Below, piece by piece: positions 26,701-34,616 of a stretch of DNA of 38,483 nt. The stretch lies in the IMG/VR virus record IMGVR_UViG_3300025277_000056, positions 1 to 38,483 of that record; one strand, 5' to 3'. This DNA is from a virus (lineage: Duplodnaviria; Caudoviricetes). Under the pieces are notes generated by a model. The model did no database searches and was not told the origin of the DNA. It was given only the letters and a program-made list of their open reading frames with translations. The number at the start of each line of letters is the position of its first letter. Within the stretch, counting starts at the first letter, position 1. The position numbers and the translations under genes were made by a program.

Positions 26701-26902
26701 TGACTTCAGGTATGACTTCAGGTATGCCTTCAGGTGTGCCTTTAGGTATGTATTTAGGTGTGACTTCAGATTCAGGTTCAGGCGGGGGAGTAAAATAATT
26801 TGCGGGTAAATCTATCCCACTTTCTTCTAAAATTCTTCTAATTTGCTCTTCAGGAACACCTTTACTGTGTAAATTTTTTATTGTTTGGTCTAGTGCAGAC
26901 AT
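20768..26902 (-). CDS. Giant internal virion / large polyvalent-like protein (2044 aa)
   Basis: Hydrophobic Gly/Ala helices near the N-terminus, low-complexity linkers, FtsK-gamma-like wHTH, HEATH zincin motif (24110-24124), long helical C-terminus; position after putative ejection proteins. Confidence 0.8.
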   Translation of the reverse strand: MSALDQTIKNLHSKGVPEEQIRRILEESGIDLPANYFTPPPEPESEVTPKYIPKGTPEGIPEVIPEVIPESKPKILSMAEKGEIEEMGDFMRAIRTYIPEQKELLGGAQVLLGKAQEDFGYNGEETIQAGLKKMRESQEALRPYAKGSDSFSEAIDDGVITVMTDYIPFMAGKGVMMIGEAFLTAGLGAMLGSAAGPAGTIGGGISGFVAKSLIKKGIKAKAKEIAKKEGKEASKEYVKKQVAKEIATNPALRKQVNQTIGRSVGLGTMSTRFGAGEVTSRAIDEAIAGVDNPEEQLQIIKELSTGKLAALSTAHAAAQFVGLKIGLSSLDAMNTATRSMLLNVIKNVGYTGAKEAPVEVAQSMLERYGADLPLADAQAIREYVDAAAGGFFMPIVPATIGGARRPITKPKDTGDAGDAGDAGDAGDAGDADEAARSTKNASETRRKELEAQLDEEKAEEIKKSKMDILTAELLKTLGIRKRMVGYETLEGAELNTPENIEMIEKLLEEKEVLASTNEKAIQNYRKKLRRKRNKLLKEQGQKEGKEDKKDDTDVVYDPIQAEIDQAARVEEEAVVDPKTKEEVIVDPKTKEEVIVDPKAEEEVNTLIETKEGIDMVLKDIPKYFPNAKTKKEINQRRQELKKLRANKIKEGKTVVTDPQEQQILDFVKTEDGATVSAIQKKFKIGFNKAKNIMKKAVDAGLITTETKGRSTIYKEAPEVAPEVAPEVAPEVAPEVAPEVAPEVAPEVAYAQIDPILLGKEVEVFQEITPGTGEVIKGTYVEENGQAMVKHIVKSAKGEFTKYTPIRVDARVTELPTTAGGEQEEEEFSTRKGKYTQGNVIADLRDDKTLGPVLTKLGTKFKDILTAPQSILLKHLTRLPSIFGTEFAVSDTMHITNREEQTANYGSYLTLTDSILVSTKGDVETILHEATHAATSNEVNKHIIKGEPVTPLGRRLMALIDVAKKADVDNDFSIELGRPKEFITEAMNNPEFQKFLAKVRSPLSTSQRIASVWKDFVKVVQEMIGMDDISGTVLNDAIAVTSELFVGPDAKEQAKGPFFEKLDKKKKINTQAQVNKFNQDQKTPEKKKREKEAKQKEKKSLVDKQFPNRTLLEGISGRITKLDTAIFSFDAALNGEIIDAMKEGLKDKRKAFGIFGQETWKDISETFLRIGSSAALHARGIGSVALEYGRPVYKTIGSFWTSDPRGDADRPSYAKVMKGLKAYGKELGVSPKSVREMAHNAFVAVRAHGIRAKNQEVENTFKTLKRQNKNKEAKNFWKNNFIPIDLTDAQIDNGVEVFNESPGLQKIHQDWIDAKNDIIALQVEHELMDAEMAKEFSQIIDIEGIEAFDDYVGFFRDGQEQPSQYSQQQGDRGKFFKLKGSFIPVADVFDNMESWIRNGVTRSVLNRAAINKVEAAFEHLPGDIKEVAKVTEETPNTVSFSRIDKETKKRTVKNYQFSSPYFAQAFSGGTKSLDLDGYRFMRNTSNFLRTNVVLYPLFSLSQMILQDAGSAMFNSGVRNPLMIPLRMIKEFPLTLLNMSKTHNEMRRGGFTGTYDSWTQGETLSDERIKNETGLYAKMTRAINNVPGLGGDVKFDAINPNTPVSIKRFLGRIAMASDNAVRQAVYEQTMAETGNKGLAMSRGAEIINFKRAGSNPWVTLGRHVIPFFGAFLQATAIQGRVVTGKGVSAEQRAFAATKFLNSGVQLTAITLAYSLMMQDDDEYQKLDPKIKDRRFLLGNGVHVSLRPDIYTFLFKVMPEQVLNNMLGNTDNKKVADALKRSLAEAFLMNRLVPQALRPIMDLSYNFDPRSDRAITPTSLKDLPPGQQYTMGTSETAKFMSQYVNLEKLGISPTMIDFFLRQYFGYTGGLIMMFLDSMIEDSQVLKYARPTKSDRDKLASYPGMSNFLSREYGNRFTSDFYELKAEVDKAVGGYNIMRKDDYDQELADEHYKKYRPLIDAQSELQGYMNKLTTIRDQRSKILKTTRFPRSETGKEITGEDKRKALKRLNEREEIVLKSIVGVRQRIYGTTENEELKILVEELKSKFK
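24661..24756. repeat. Perfect 12-bp tandem repeat x8 (encodes APEV x8)
   Basis: (CAACTTCTGGTG)8 counted directly. Confidence 0.97.
25093..25182. repeat. 30-bp tandem repeat x3 (VDPKTKEEVI-type)
   Basis: TAACTTCTTCTT(C/T)AG(C/T)TTTAGGGTCGACTA repeated. Confidence 0.9.
25611..25664. repeat. Perfect 9-bp tandem repeat x6 (encodes GDA x6)
   Basis: (GCATCACCT)6 counted directly. Confidence 0.97.
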
Positions 26903-26914
26903 GCAACGTCTCCG

Positions 26915-28285
26915 TTAGTTACTCCAACCTGTTTTTAGCATTATATCTCGTATTTCATTTGTATTAACAGCTCGAGACTCATTGAAAGCAGCAAAAACTA
27001 CCTTATTAATTTTTTGGAAAGTCGTAGCAGCAAGCTGTGGTTGATTTTGGAAGAAAGTTTGTACAGCTCCATCTTTTACAAAATATCCCATATATTCTAG
27101 AGCCTTATCAAAAGCTTTAACGGCTACATCACCTTTAGCTGCAGCTTTCATACCTTCTGATTCAAAAAAATCACTAAATAAATCAGATTGTATTTTTCTT
27201 ATTTCACTTTGTTCTTCTATAAATGCGTCTCTTGCACTTATTAATTCTGCTCTAGTACCAGCATCAGCAGCTGCTATTGCTTTATTGTATTGTTCTAAAG
27301 CAGGAATAGCTCCTGCAGAAATATTTTCTAATGGGTTTGCAGAAGTACCACCTGCAATACGTAATCCTGCTTCAATCAAACCTAGATTAGCTGCTTGTTC
27401 TCTTTGTTTATCAAAATATAGACTATCTATTCCTAATTTTTTGTTTATTTTTTCACGTTGCTCCATAACTTTATCTATATTGGCACTTTTAGGGAAAAAT
27501 GGTATTCCTGATATTTGTCGAACATTATAAGGCCAAGGATCATAGGCACTACCTATTTGGTCTAAGTCTATATTTTGGCTCTTAAGGTGAGCTTTTAGTT
27601 CCTCATCTGTCATACCTGCATAATTAAGTGTGTCTGTAGATGTATCTGTAGGTACGATTTCAGGTTCAGGTTTGTATTCAGGTTGAGGTGTAACTTGCTG
27701 TTCCTTTATAATATTCTCTAGCCTTTCTTTTTCTTTTTTTACTCGTTCTTCCTCTTCTACAATACGCATCTCTCTATCAGTAATATTTTTAATTATTTGT
27801 TTTTCATTAGGGAAGAGCTGTCTGTTTGCGACTTGCCAAGGGGTTAAAGTAAAATCTTCTTCAGGAATAGGCCCACCTATTGCATACCCTACAATCCCAC
27901 CTCCAGCCATCATAGCTGGACCACCTACGTTTCTCACAGGGTTAGCTGCTATACCGCTAGCTGCTATTTGTCTTGGGTCCATTTGTGGTGCTGGTTGTGG
28001 AGCACCTATGCCTTGTGGAGGCATCATACCTTGTGGAGGCATCATGCCTTGAGGAGCCATCGCTCCAAGTCCCATTTGTTGTGGTTTATTTTCTGCTACA
28101 AGCTGTTCTGAAACCGATGGTGGAGGCATTTGGTCAGCTTGAAATCTCTCACGCATTTCTTTACGTCTTTGTAACTCACCTAATGCTAAATAAATAGGAA
28201 CTTCACCCATAGGTTGTTCAACATAATTGACTAATGCTTCGTTTGGTAATCCTTTGAGTCTATCTTGTATTTGTATAATATTCAT
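26915..28285 (-). CDS. Putative internal virion/ejection protein (456 aa)
   Basis: Pro/Gln/Met-rich N-terminus with PQGMM repeats, MAGGG..YAIGG motif, helical C-terminus. Confidence 0.65.
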   Translation of the reverse strand: MNIIQIQDRLKGLPNEALVNYVEQPMGEVPIYLALGELQRRKEMRERFQADQMPPPSVSEQLVAENKPQQMGLGAMAPQGMMPPQGMMPPQGIGAPQPAPQMDPRQIAASGIAANPVRNVGGPAMMAGGGIVGYAIGGPIPEEDFTLTPWQVANRQLFPNEKQIIKNITDREMRIVEEEERVKKEKERLENIIKEQQVTPQPEYKPEPEIVPTDTSTDTLNYAGMTDEELKAHLKSQNIDLDQIGSAYDPWPYNVRQISGIPFFPKSANIDKVMEQREKINKKLGIDSLYFDKQREQAANLGLIEAGLRIAGGTSANPLENISAGAIPALEQYNKAIAAADAGTRAELISARDAFIEEQSEIRKIQSDLFSDFFESEGMKAAAKGDVAVKAFDKALEYMGYFVKDGAVQTFFQNQPQLAATTFQKINKVVFAAFNESRAVNTNEIRDIMLKTGWSN

Positions 28286-28294
28286 AATGTTCCT

Positions 28295-29569
28295 TTACGT
28301 ACCACTCATTGCTTTATATAAACCAAGACCTGCAACTCCTGTACCTGTAATCTGACTAGCTAGGCTAGGAGCTGGAGCATATTGTACTTGTGTTGTACCT
28401 AATGCACCTGCAGTACCACGAAGTATGTTTGATTGATATTCGAGTAGTTTTTTTGCATAATCTTGTTCTTCCATAAACTTTTGAAAGTTTATATTAGCAA
28501 TTTCTTGGTCTAATGCTTGTTGTTCTTTTGCTGTTGTTGCTTGAGCTCTAAGTCTTTCTAAATTAGCTAATTGTTCATTAGCACCTAATACACCTGTAGC
28601 TTGTCCTGCTTGTAGGGTAGTGCCTAATCCTGCAAGACCTAAGTCTTTTTGTAATCCTGCACCAAATTGACCCGCTTGTTGTTCCATTCCTCTTCTTTCT
28701 CTTTCAGCTGCTAGAGTTTGCTCATCGGCTCGCATACCAGCTGCTCTATCTCTTTCAAACTGTTGTTGAGCATTTAAGAATGCATCTTGTTGTCCTTTAG
28801 CTCTTAAGTCAGCTATTAATGCATTAGTACGAGCATCAGCTTCTCCAGTCATTAATGCTTCACGACCACCACCAAAAGTGCCTTGTCCTATTGATCGCAT
28901 AGCAAATTTATTTTTAGCTATATCTCCTTGTCTTCTAGCCTCTGCTATTGCTTCATCAGTTACTGCACTAGCATAAGGACTCATATATTGGTCCCTAGTA
29001 GTAGCATCAAACGTACCAGGAGCTTGCATAGATAAACTTTCTACTGTGCCAGGTGTATAGCCTAATGCTCCTGTCAAGCCTTGAGCTGCGGCAGATGTAC
29101 CCATAGTTCTTACATCACCTAATGTTTGACTAGCAGCACCAAATTGGCCAGGAGTAGTTAAACCCGCAACACCTTGTTGTATTGCTAGTTGTTCTGGGGT
29201 AAACCCTACAACTCTATCACCTGTGTAAGGTACAAAGTCTTTAACTCCTGTAACATTTCCTGCAGCATCTGTAGTATAGGTTTGTTGGGCTGACTGCTTC
29301 ATTAACTCTTCATAGAAAGGTTGAGCATACTCAGGTAAGTTAGTTGTAGTTGATCTACTAGTTTGACTTCCTCCACCACTACCATACTCAAATAATCCTG
29401 TAGCAGGGTTAATGGTACCTGAGCCACCTACTGATTTTAATAGGCCTGCTTCATAATCATTGATATGAGCAAGACGGGTGTCGCCCATGCGTCCTTTAGA
29501 TGCAAGGTCTGTATATAGTTGTTTAATTAACCATACTTTTAATTTATTTGGTACTAATTTTAATAACAT
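28295..29569 (-). CDS. Putative DNA ejection/pilot protein (424 aa)
   Basis: Ala/Gln/Gly-rich; YMSPY, FGG-x-R motifs and hydrophobic C-terminal GxxGLG helix typical of podovirus ejection proteins. Confidence 0.65.
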   Translation of the reverse strand: MLLKLVPNKLKVWLIKQLYTDLASKGRMGDTRLAHINDYEAGLLKSVGGSGTINPATGLFEYGSGGGSQTSRSTTTNLPEYAQPFYEELMKQSAQQTYTTDAAGNVTGVKDFVPYTGDRVVGFTPEQLAIQQGVAGLTTPGQFGAASQTLGDVRTMGTSAAAQGLTGALGYTPGTVESLSMQAPGTFDATTRDQYMSPYASAVTDEAIAEARRQGDIAKNKFAMRSIGQGTFGGGREALMTGEADARTNALIADLRAKGQQDAFLNAQQQFERDRAAGMRADEQTLAAERERRGMEQQAGQFGAGLQKDLGLAGLGTTLQAGQATGVLGANEQLANLERLRAQATTAKEQQALDQEIANINFQKFMEEQDYAKKLLEYQSNILRGTAGALGTTQVQYAPAPSLASQITGTGVAGLGLYKAMSGT

Positions 29570-29572
29570 CTA

Positions 29573-29995
29573 TTACTCCACTGGTAATTCATAATGCACA
29601 AATCTTTTTGTATATCCATGCCCTTTCCACAGTTTCTCCCAACCTGGTCTGCCTCGTGACTCTAGTTTGCTACATCCATTATCTTTTGCAAACTTCTGTA
29701 TCTTTGGTAAGCCATCAGACACCCAACTTTTAAAGTCTTTTCCTCCTGTAAAGTGTAACATTAACATCTTCGTTTGAGGATACTCCATTACTTCTGTTAT
29801 CAAAAACCCCGCAATTACTTTAGTTTCAATATCAAATGATATCCATAACTGCTGGTCCTTTGCTAACAAATCATCTAACATATCTTTTGCGGTAAATCTA
29901 CCGTATGTGTATTTGGCACAATGCTCTGCATATTCTCTTATCTCTGGCCAAACATATGCGATATGTTCTTTTGGAACAATCGTTGCCCTATTCAA
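29573..29995 (-). CDS. GNAT-fold-like virion morphogenesis protein
   Basis: GG...W...FA...GC...E-x-x-GR-x-GW pattern; located between tail and ejection genes. Confidence 0.6.
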   Translation of the reverse strand: MNRATIVPKEHIAYVWPEIREYAEHCAKYTYGRFTAKDMLDDLLAKDQQLWISFDIETKVIAGFLITEVMEYPQTKMLMLHFTGGKDFKSWVSDGLPKIQKFAKDNGCSKLESRGRPGWEKLWKGHGYTKRFVHYELPVE

Positions 29996-31035
29996 GCGGG
30001 CATAAACCTTTCTGGCATTATTTCTCTCCCTTGTTCTTCAGTACCTGTTCTAGCTTCTCTTATTCTGTCCATCATAGTGTAAAGTTGTTCAGCACCTGCA
30101 TCGGAAGAGCCATTACCTAAATGACTAACGACATCTGCGGGTACTACAAATTCACCATCGGACAATCTTGCTGGCTGTCCACCTTCGATAGTAGCATTTA
30201 TATCATCAGACATACCATCTCCGATCCTACCGCCTGTTTCTAAGTAACCACCTTCTTGAAAATTTCTATCATATCGGTCAATATAATCTTGCATTCTTTC
30301 TCTGTGTTCCTGGTCCAAATCCATGCGGTTTAAAACTTCAGCTTCATCAGTTTCAAAAAAATAGTTTATTTCTTCATCAGTAAGCTCATCAAATTTAGGG
30401 TGCCTTGGCAAACCAAACTCACCAGTAGGGCCTAATGGATACATTCTATCTTCAATATAACCACCTTCTGCAAACTGTGCGAAAGGTTGATTTAGTCTAA
30501 GACCTGAATCACGTGTAAGAGCATTTTGTATACCTGTAGTCATACCTAGGTTTAACCTACGGCGAGGATCATATTTAGCCATTGGGTCATCAGTTACACT
30601 ATAGTCTGGCATAGCTGCAGCACCGATTGCGGGTAGACCTATAGCACCTGCTTTACCAGCACCCATAAGCGTACTACCGCCACCTAAGTTACTTAAAAAT
30701 TCTTTTCCTGAGGTTGGTGCTACACGGCTTACATCACGAAAGCCGCCTCCAATACTTGACGTTGTTACATTAGGTAATGTTTGGTCAACCATACCTGAGG
30801 GAAGTGCAGTTCCACTCATAGCTTTTCCTATCCCTGAACCGCCAAATCCTCCAAGACCACCTGAGACAGCTCCCATTAAAGGGTCGTCTCCTGATAATGC
30901 AGCGATACCTGCACCTGTCAAAGCTCCTGCAGTTATTGCAGTACCAGCAGACCCAGCTAATGCTGCACCTCCAGGTCCAAACATAGCTCCTGCGGCTATT
31001 GGTGCTAAAGTTCCGAAAATATTTCTTAAACTCAT
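29992..31035 (-). CDS. Putative internal virion protein (347 aa)
   Basis: Gly/Ala-rich hydrophobic N-terminus; C-terminal GDGMSDDI...RLSDGEFVVPADVV...GNGSS-x-AGA domain. Confidence 0.7.
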   Translation of the reverse strand: MSLRNIFGTLAPIAAGAMFGPGGAALAGSAGTAITAGALTGAGIAALSGDDPLMGAVSGGLGGFGGSGIGKAMSGTALPSGMVDQTLPNVTTSSIGGGFRDVSRVAPTSGKEFLSNLGGGSTLMGAGKAGAIGLPAIGAAAMPDYSVTDDPMAKYDPRRRLNLGMTTGIQNALTRDSGLRLNQPFAQFAEGGYIEDRMYPLGPTGEFGLPRHPKFDELTDEEINYFFETDEAEVLNRMDLDQEHRERMQDYIDRYDRNFQEGGYLETGGRIGDGMSDDINATIEGGQPARLSDGEFVVPADVVSHLGNGSSDAGAEQLYTMMDRIREARTGTEEQGREIMPERFMPA

Positions 31036-31108
31036 AAACTTATAATAATCCTTTTATATTCATTGTATAATACCATCATTTATGTTGCGTACAAACCGTT
31101 TTATTCCC

Positions 31109-31447
31109 TTATTCAATAGCTTCTCCGCCTGAAACGTGAATTGTTAAACCTGTTGCACTACCTTTAAATTGTATAGTTTCTGATTCACTTAAAATTTGTG
31201 TGCCCTTCCATTGGAAAGTAGTATTTGCAGCTATACTGGAGGCACTAAATAATGCATTCGCAGTTCCTGCAGTCCCTTCATCAGGTACTAAACTTACAAA
31301 TAAAGTTACTGCGTCACCTGTAGTGTTACATACAGTTATATCTTTAACATATGCACGAGTATTAGGTGGACATGTATAAATAGCTAAAAAAGCTGTAGTA
31401 CTTGCTGCTTGGGCTAATCTTGTTGGAGTAACTCTTTGAAATGCCAT
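31109..31447 (-). CDS. Small beta-rich structural protein (112 aa)
   Basis: IYT-x-P...I-x-VCN...SG-x-E pattern; in tail cluster. Confidence 0.7.
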   Translation of the reverse strand: MAFQRVTPTRLAQAASTTAFLAIYTCPPNTRAYVKDITVCNTTGDAVTLFVSLVPDEGTAGTANALFSASSIAANTTFQWKGTQILSESETIQFKGSATGLTIHVSGGEAIE

Positions 31448-31632
31448 TAGTTATCTCCTATCCAATTTAATACTACAAGCATATCTAAATTATTCTTTAC
31501 TTGTTTATTAGTGCCATCTACCTGATTAAAATAAAGACGTAATTGATTTGTAAGTTGTAACTGTTGTTGTTCATCATATTCCTTTTCAGGATTAGTTAAG
31601 TTAGGAGCTTTAGTTGAAGGTATATTTGACAT
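31447..31632 (-). CDS. Small tail-cluster protein (61 aa)
   Basis: APNL...EY...N-x-LRLYFNQ-x-D; TAATG coupling on both sides. Confidence 0.7.
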   Translation of the reverse strand: MSNIPSTKAPNLTNPEKEYDEQQQLQLTNQLRLYFNQVDGTNKQVKNNLDMLVVLNWIGDN

Positions 31633-33797
31633 TATCCTCTCCTACCATCTGGTCTAAAGTCTACTCTAGTTGTACCTAATTGCCATTGTACACCAATATC
31701 TTCTGAGGCAATTTTAAAATTCATTTGTCTACCTCGTGCTCTGACATATACTTGATTTGTATATTGGTCAACAGTAGCTGTAGTAACCACATCCCTAGAT
31801 AATGTACTACCTACTACATCAGTAGTGCTATTTGCAGCTCCTGGAAAGTTTCTAACCCCTACTGTTACTTGCACTTCTGGTGTTAAAGTTGCACCTTGTG
31901 CAGTTGCTGTATCAGAGTTAGTGAAGTTTACGTCAGATATAATTCTTTTTGTTAATACGAATTGGTCTCCTTCGTCTATACCCATATCTGCAGATTCAAT
32001 AAATGACTCTATTGCAGTTGGAGTTGCACCTGGTGTAACTACATTATCTTTACCATCTTCGTGCTTATACACGTAACCATTGTGTGTAGCCAATGGAAAT
32101 TTAATAGTTCCACTATTAGCCCACGCTGTTCTAACTAAACTACCATAATACCAAATCTTATCTTGATAATTAAAAATTACATACCTATCTACGCTGTTAG
32201 AAGCCTTTGAACAATAAAACCAAATAACTTCATTAAATTCACTATTAATTCCTGCAAAATTTAAATACCCATTATCTTTATTCATGTCCTCAAATACATA
32301 TTGTTTTAAAGTACACGGCAGGGTATTAACTCTACCATCATAAGCATAGAATTTATCATTCCCCATCCAATATACTACATTGTTTGCTTCTGCCACAACA
32401 TGAGGGGCCATAATATTAATAGAATCACTAATCTCTTGGATAGCAAATACTTCTTCTGTACCTAAAAATTGTAATGTTGAAAGTGTAGTATCAGTAAAAA
32501 TCAAAACCTCTTGTCTTGTTCTAAATCCAGTCACAATTTCAGAACCTTGTTTTACCCTTATAAACCCTGCACTGTTAGTAATTTTAGGTTTCCATTCTGT
32601 AGGTGCGGGGCCAGTATCAGGGTCTACATTAGCCCATCTAATAAGTAACGGGTCATAAGTCCCTGAATAAGTTGCTTTAACATAAGTTCCTGCTGGACTT
32701 GCACTACCGCCTGGGTCATAAGGTAAAGTAATAGTAAATGTAGTACTTGATGGTACTGTAATTACTTGATATTCCCCTTGATAAGCTTGTGGTGCTTGAC
32801 CACTAAATTCAACCCAATCCTTGATAGCTAGGCCATGCCCTGATCCTGTAGTTACTGTTGCTGTGGTACCAGACCTTGTAATACTAGAAATAGTTTGTCC
32901 TGCTGCAGTACTACGCCCATAAGAAGTACCTCTAAGAGCTAATAAATGTCCACTCGAGGAAAACATAGTTTTGCCTACTTGTTCTGGTACTGCTCTTGAG
33001 CCAACTAATGTATTAAGTTTAACTGCACGATTAGATATACCAGAATCATACTCCCAGTAAAATATATCGCTATCTTGTATATTATATATAACATCATTAT
33101 TAAATTTATCTTGGAAAGTAATTCTAGGTGGTAAATCTACAGGAGCATCACTTGCAGAACTCCAAGTATTCCTGTTCCATGTTCCTGCACTCCAACCATA
33201 ACCATAGGTAACTGTTGAATAGCCTACAGCATATTGAAAGGCTGCAACTATACTTGTGCCTCCGCCTCCAGATACTGCTGAGGTTGCTGCAGAAGCTACT
33301 GTAATTTCAAACGTATTACTAGTAGTTTCACTTATTTCAAACTCTGTATTTAAATTAGCCGCTAATACTCCACCTACAGCCGCAGAACCACTAAAGGTTA
33401 CATAATCTCCATCTGAGGCTCCATGTCCTGTAATACCAACAGTTACTGTAGTAGACGCATTGACTGTCGTAAAACAATTATCTGTTGAGGGAGAAGTAGA
33501 AGTGGTATAAGTTGCTCTAAGAGGAGTTACATCAGTAAGTGCTGTTCCTAAAAGAATATAATTTTTTTTATTAGTAGCAATACTAACTATTTCATTACTA
33601 TCTGTTGTACCATATTGAAGAATACTACTAGCTGCCCCAACATATGCAGTAAAGTTAATAGGAGTCCAACCACCTATTTTTTCAGGATAACCTTGTCTAA
33701 ACCTTACTTTATCACAAGAATACCAGCTTCCCTCAGAAGAATAATTACTCCTATCTCTGTTTATTCCTGGTTGAAATACAATTTTTTTAAGAGCCAT
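31632..33797 (-). CDS. Tail nozzle / head-closure (P22 gp10-like) protein
   Basis: PG-I-N...VRFR-x-G-x-PEKIGGW N-terminus, beta-propeller-like repeats, two HG-x4-D-x-V-x-F-S-G inserts, C-terminal R-x-RGRQ...DGRR. Confidence 0.7.
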   Translation of the reverse strand: MALKKIVFQPGINRDRSNYSSEGSWYSCDKVRFRQGYPEKIGGWTPINFTAYVGAASSILQYGTTDSNEIVSIATNKKNYILLGTALTDVTPLRATYTTSTSPSTDNCFTTVNASTTVTVGITGHGASDGDYVTFSGSAAVGGVLAANLNTEFEISETTSNTFEITVASAATSAVSGGGGTSIVAAFQYAVGYSTVTYGYGWSAGTWNRNTWSSASDAPVDLPPRITFQDKFNNDVIYNIQDSDIFYWEYDSGISNRAVKLNTLVGSRAVPEQVGKTMFSSSGHLLALRGTSYGRSTAAGQTISSITRSGTTATVTTGSGHGLAIKDWVEFSGQAPQAYQGEYQVITVPSSTTFTITLPYDPGGSASPAGTYVKATYSGTYDPLLIRWANVDPDTGPAPTEWKPKITNSAGFIRVKQGSEIVTGFRTRQEVLIFTDTTLSTLQFLGTEEVFAIQEISDSINIMAPHVVAEANNVVYWMGNDKFYAYDGRVNTLPCTLKQYVFEDMNKDNGYLNFAGINSEFNEVIWFYCSKASNSVDRYVIFNYQDKIWYYGSLVRTAWANSGTIKFPLATHNGYVYKHEDGKDNVVTPGATPTAIESFIESADMGIDEGDQFVLTKRIISDVNFTNSDTATAQGATLTPEVQVTVGVRNFPGAANSTTDVVGSTLSRDVVTTATVDQYTNQVYVRARGRQMNFKIASEDIGVQWQLGTTRVDFRPDGRRG

Positions 33798-33807
33798 ATT
33801 ATTTTTC

Positions 33808-34173
33808 TCACCTTAATTCAAAATGTGGTCCGTCTTTAAATGTTTTCCATGAACCACCCCATATATATGGAATGTTTAGCCGTACTGATGCATGACTAAA
33901 AGCACCATTAATTATCTCATAATCTGGAAAGTCCCACGATACTGCACCATCTTTCCACGCATATACATCTACTGCATGTCCTGTAAGATGTCTTGAGTTC
34001 ATTATTTGACTCTTTCCTTGGGCAAACAATAACCGTTGTCTTTCTTTAGTACGCATCCCTTCTGAGATTCCAAAGTCAATAAGAGATAAATCAATCGCCG
34101 CCTTAACTAATTCTTGCATATGTGGGTGTACCTCTTCTAATTTAGCTAACGATTTCTTTGATAACTTATACAT
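33808..34173 (-). CDS. Endolysin, peptidase M15 (L-Ala-D-Glu peptidase-like)
   Basis: EG-x-RT-x-x-RQ, SRH-x-x-G-x-AVD, WGG-x-W...D-x-PHFEL. Confidence 0.92.
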   Translation of the reverse strand: MYKLSKKSLAKLEEVHPHMQELVKAAIDLSLIDFGISEGMRTKERQRLLFAQGKSQIMNSRHLTGHAVDVYAWKDGAVSWDFPDYEIINGAFSHASVRLNIPYIWGGSWKTFKDGPHFELR

Positions 34174-34550
34174 TATTTTTTAAATTTACCGATTGATTTA
34201 AGCCCAAATGATGCACCAATACTAGCCATTACAGACCATTGTAACCATTCTGGAAAAGTTGCTAAGAACTCAATACCTTTTGCAACATGTGGTTGAAAAT
34301 ATGGAATAAATGAAAGAACTATTATAGCAATAAAACAAATTGTCCAAGCCTCATCTTTCCATGAGTCTTCAGAAGCCTTTGCCATAGCTGATTCCCATTC
34401 TACTTTGCCTTCTACTATTTTCTTTTGAACAGCAACTTTAGCATCTATCTCTGCAATTCTTAAATTACTTTTAGCAACTGACTCTTTACCTTTATGTTCA
34501 AAATATCCACCAACTGCTTTGCTTAATCCTGATACGATAAGTCCAATCAT
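34173..34550 (-). CDS. Holin-like membrane protein
   Basis: SWKDE motif followed by hydrophobic helices; directly upstream of the endolysin; ATG 34550 with GGAG RBS preferred over 34562. Confidence 0.65.
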   Translation of the reverse strand: MIGLIVSGLSKAVGGYFEHKGKESVAKSNLRIAEIDAKVAVQKKIVEGKVEWESAMAKASEDSWKDEAWTICFIAIIVLSFIPYFQPHVAKGIEFLATFPEWLQWSVMASIGASFGLKSIGKFKK

Positions 34551-34616
34551 AATATGCTCCAATATTAATTATACTTTATTTTATATCAACAATACTATAA
34601 ATGCACCTTTTATGCT

